Below are positions 63,411-64,000 of a stretch of 64,000 nucleotides of DNA, piece by piece. The first letter of the stretch is position 1, and every line of letters starts with the position of its first letter. The stretch covers positions 480,001 to 544,000 of the forward strand of contig JBMNLH010000001.1 of assembly GCA_050952625.1 (NCBI GenBank). The letters are read 5' to 3'. The translations under genes and the position numbers were made by a program. This DNA comes from Bacillota bacterium (GTDB lineage Bacteria; Bacillota; Ch66; Ch109). The notes beneath the pieces were generated by a model. That model did not search any database, was not told the origin of the DNA, and was given only the letters and a program-made list of their open reading frames with translations.

Positions 63411-64000
63411 TTGCTGGGTCGTAAACTGTTTCGCCGTCAGAGTAGTCGAGTTCCTTTGGGATTAGCTTTGAGCTTTGCTCAAGAGCTTCAAAAATATCTT
63501 GAATCCCTTCCAGAGGTATTAAACGTCAGCCTCGCTGGAAGTGCCCGGCGCTGGAAGGAATCAGTAGGAGATATAGATTTAGTCGTCGCTACCCGAGAGC
63601 CGAACAAGGTAGCCGAGAAGTTTGTTAAGCATCCCCGATTGAGCCATGTTTTAGAACAGGCCCCGGATCGAATCCTGGTTTGTTCGCGTCTGGGGATCAA
63701 GGTTGAATTGATTCAAGTTCCACCCGAGGAGTTTTACCTGACCGTTTTTCGGGATACCGGATCGAAAGCCCACTGGCTGCATCTGGAGCAAGTGCTGGCT
63801 GAACGTGGAATTACCCCTGAGCTGGTTCAGGGTAATTCCGTTGAGGAATTCGAAAAGGGAGTCTATGCGGCTCTTGGCCTGGCGTACATCCCGCCAGAAT
63901 TACGTGAGGATCAAGGCGAAATAGAAGCGGCGGTCCAGGGGAAACTCCCACAATTATTGGAGCTTGGGGATATCAAGGGAGATTTGCACGTTCATACTAA
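63411..64000 (+). CDS. polX: PolX/PHP family protein, N-terminally short, runs off window
   Basis: AGSARRWKESVGDIDLVV, TGSKAH, YIPPELREDQGE, GDLHVHT in one frame from TTG 63411. Confidence 0.85.
   Translation, partial: MLGRKLFRRQSSRVPLGLALSFAQELQKYLESLPEVLNVSLAGSARRWKESVGDIDLVVATREPNKVAEKFVKHPRLSHVLEQAPDRILVCSRLGIKVELIQVPPEEFYLTVFRDTGSKAHWLHLEQVLAERGITPELVQGNSVEEFEKGVYAALGLAYIPPELREDQGEIEAAVQGKLPQLLELGDIKGDLHVHT

Overview
Window from an endospore-forming Bacillota (Clostridia-like) genome. The left ~36.5 kb is an accessory island abutting the 3' end of a tRNA operon (Asp-Phe-Gly-Cys-Leu). It holds a signalling cluster, several IS elements or remnants, a truncated Rpn gene, a group IIC intron, an unannotated Fst-like type I toxin-antitoxin locus and, most notably, a candidate hybrid defence system. 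In that system a DNA phosphorothioation operon (dndB-C-D-E-A, minus strand) has no dndFGH in the window. It converges on a 16.4-kb tightly coupled operon encoding a NERD-UvrD helicase-nuclease, an AddB-like Fe-S protein and homologues of the 7-deazaguanine-system restriction proteins DpdE, F, G, H and I, with no dpdA/C/D/J/K present. The right ~27 kb is core genome: polyamine genes, sporulation and germination genes, rnhA, tRNA-Val, thrS, infC-rpmI-rplT, T-box pheST, a Dlt-like acylation cluster, zapA and polX. It also has several unannotated small ORFs, candidate sRNAs or leaders and repeat families. Nine +1 frameshifts, one in essential pheT, suggest sequencing indels, so broken genes may be intact in vivo. 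All family calls come from motif recognition by eye, with no database search.
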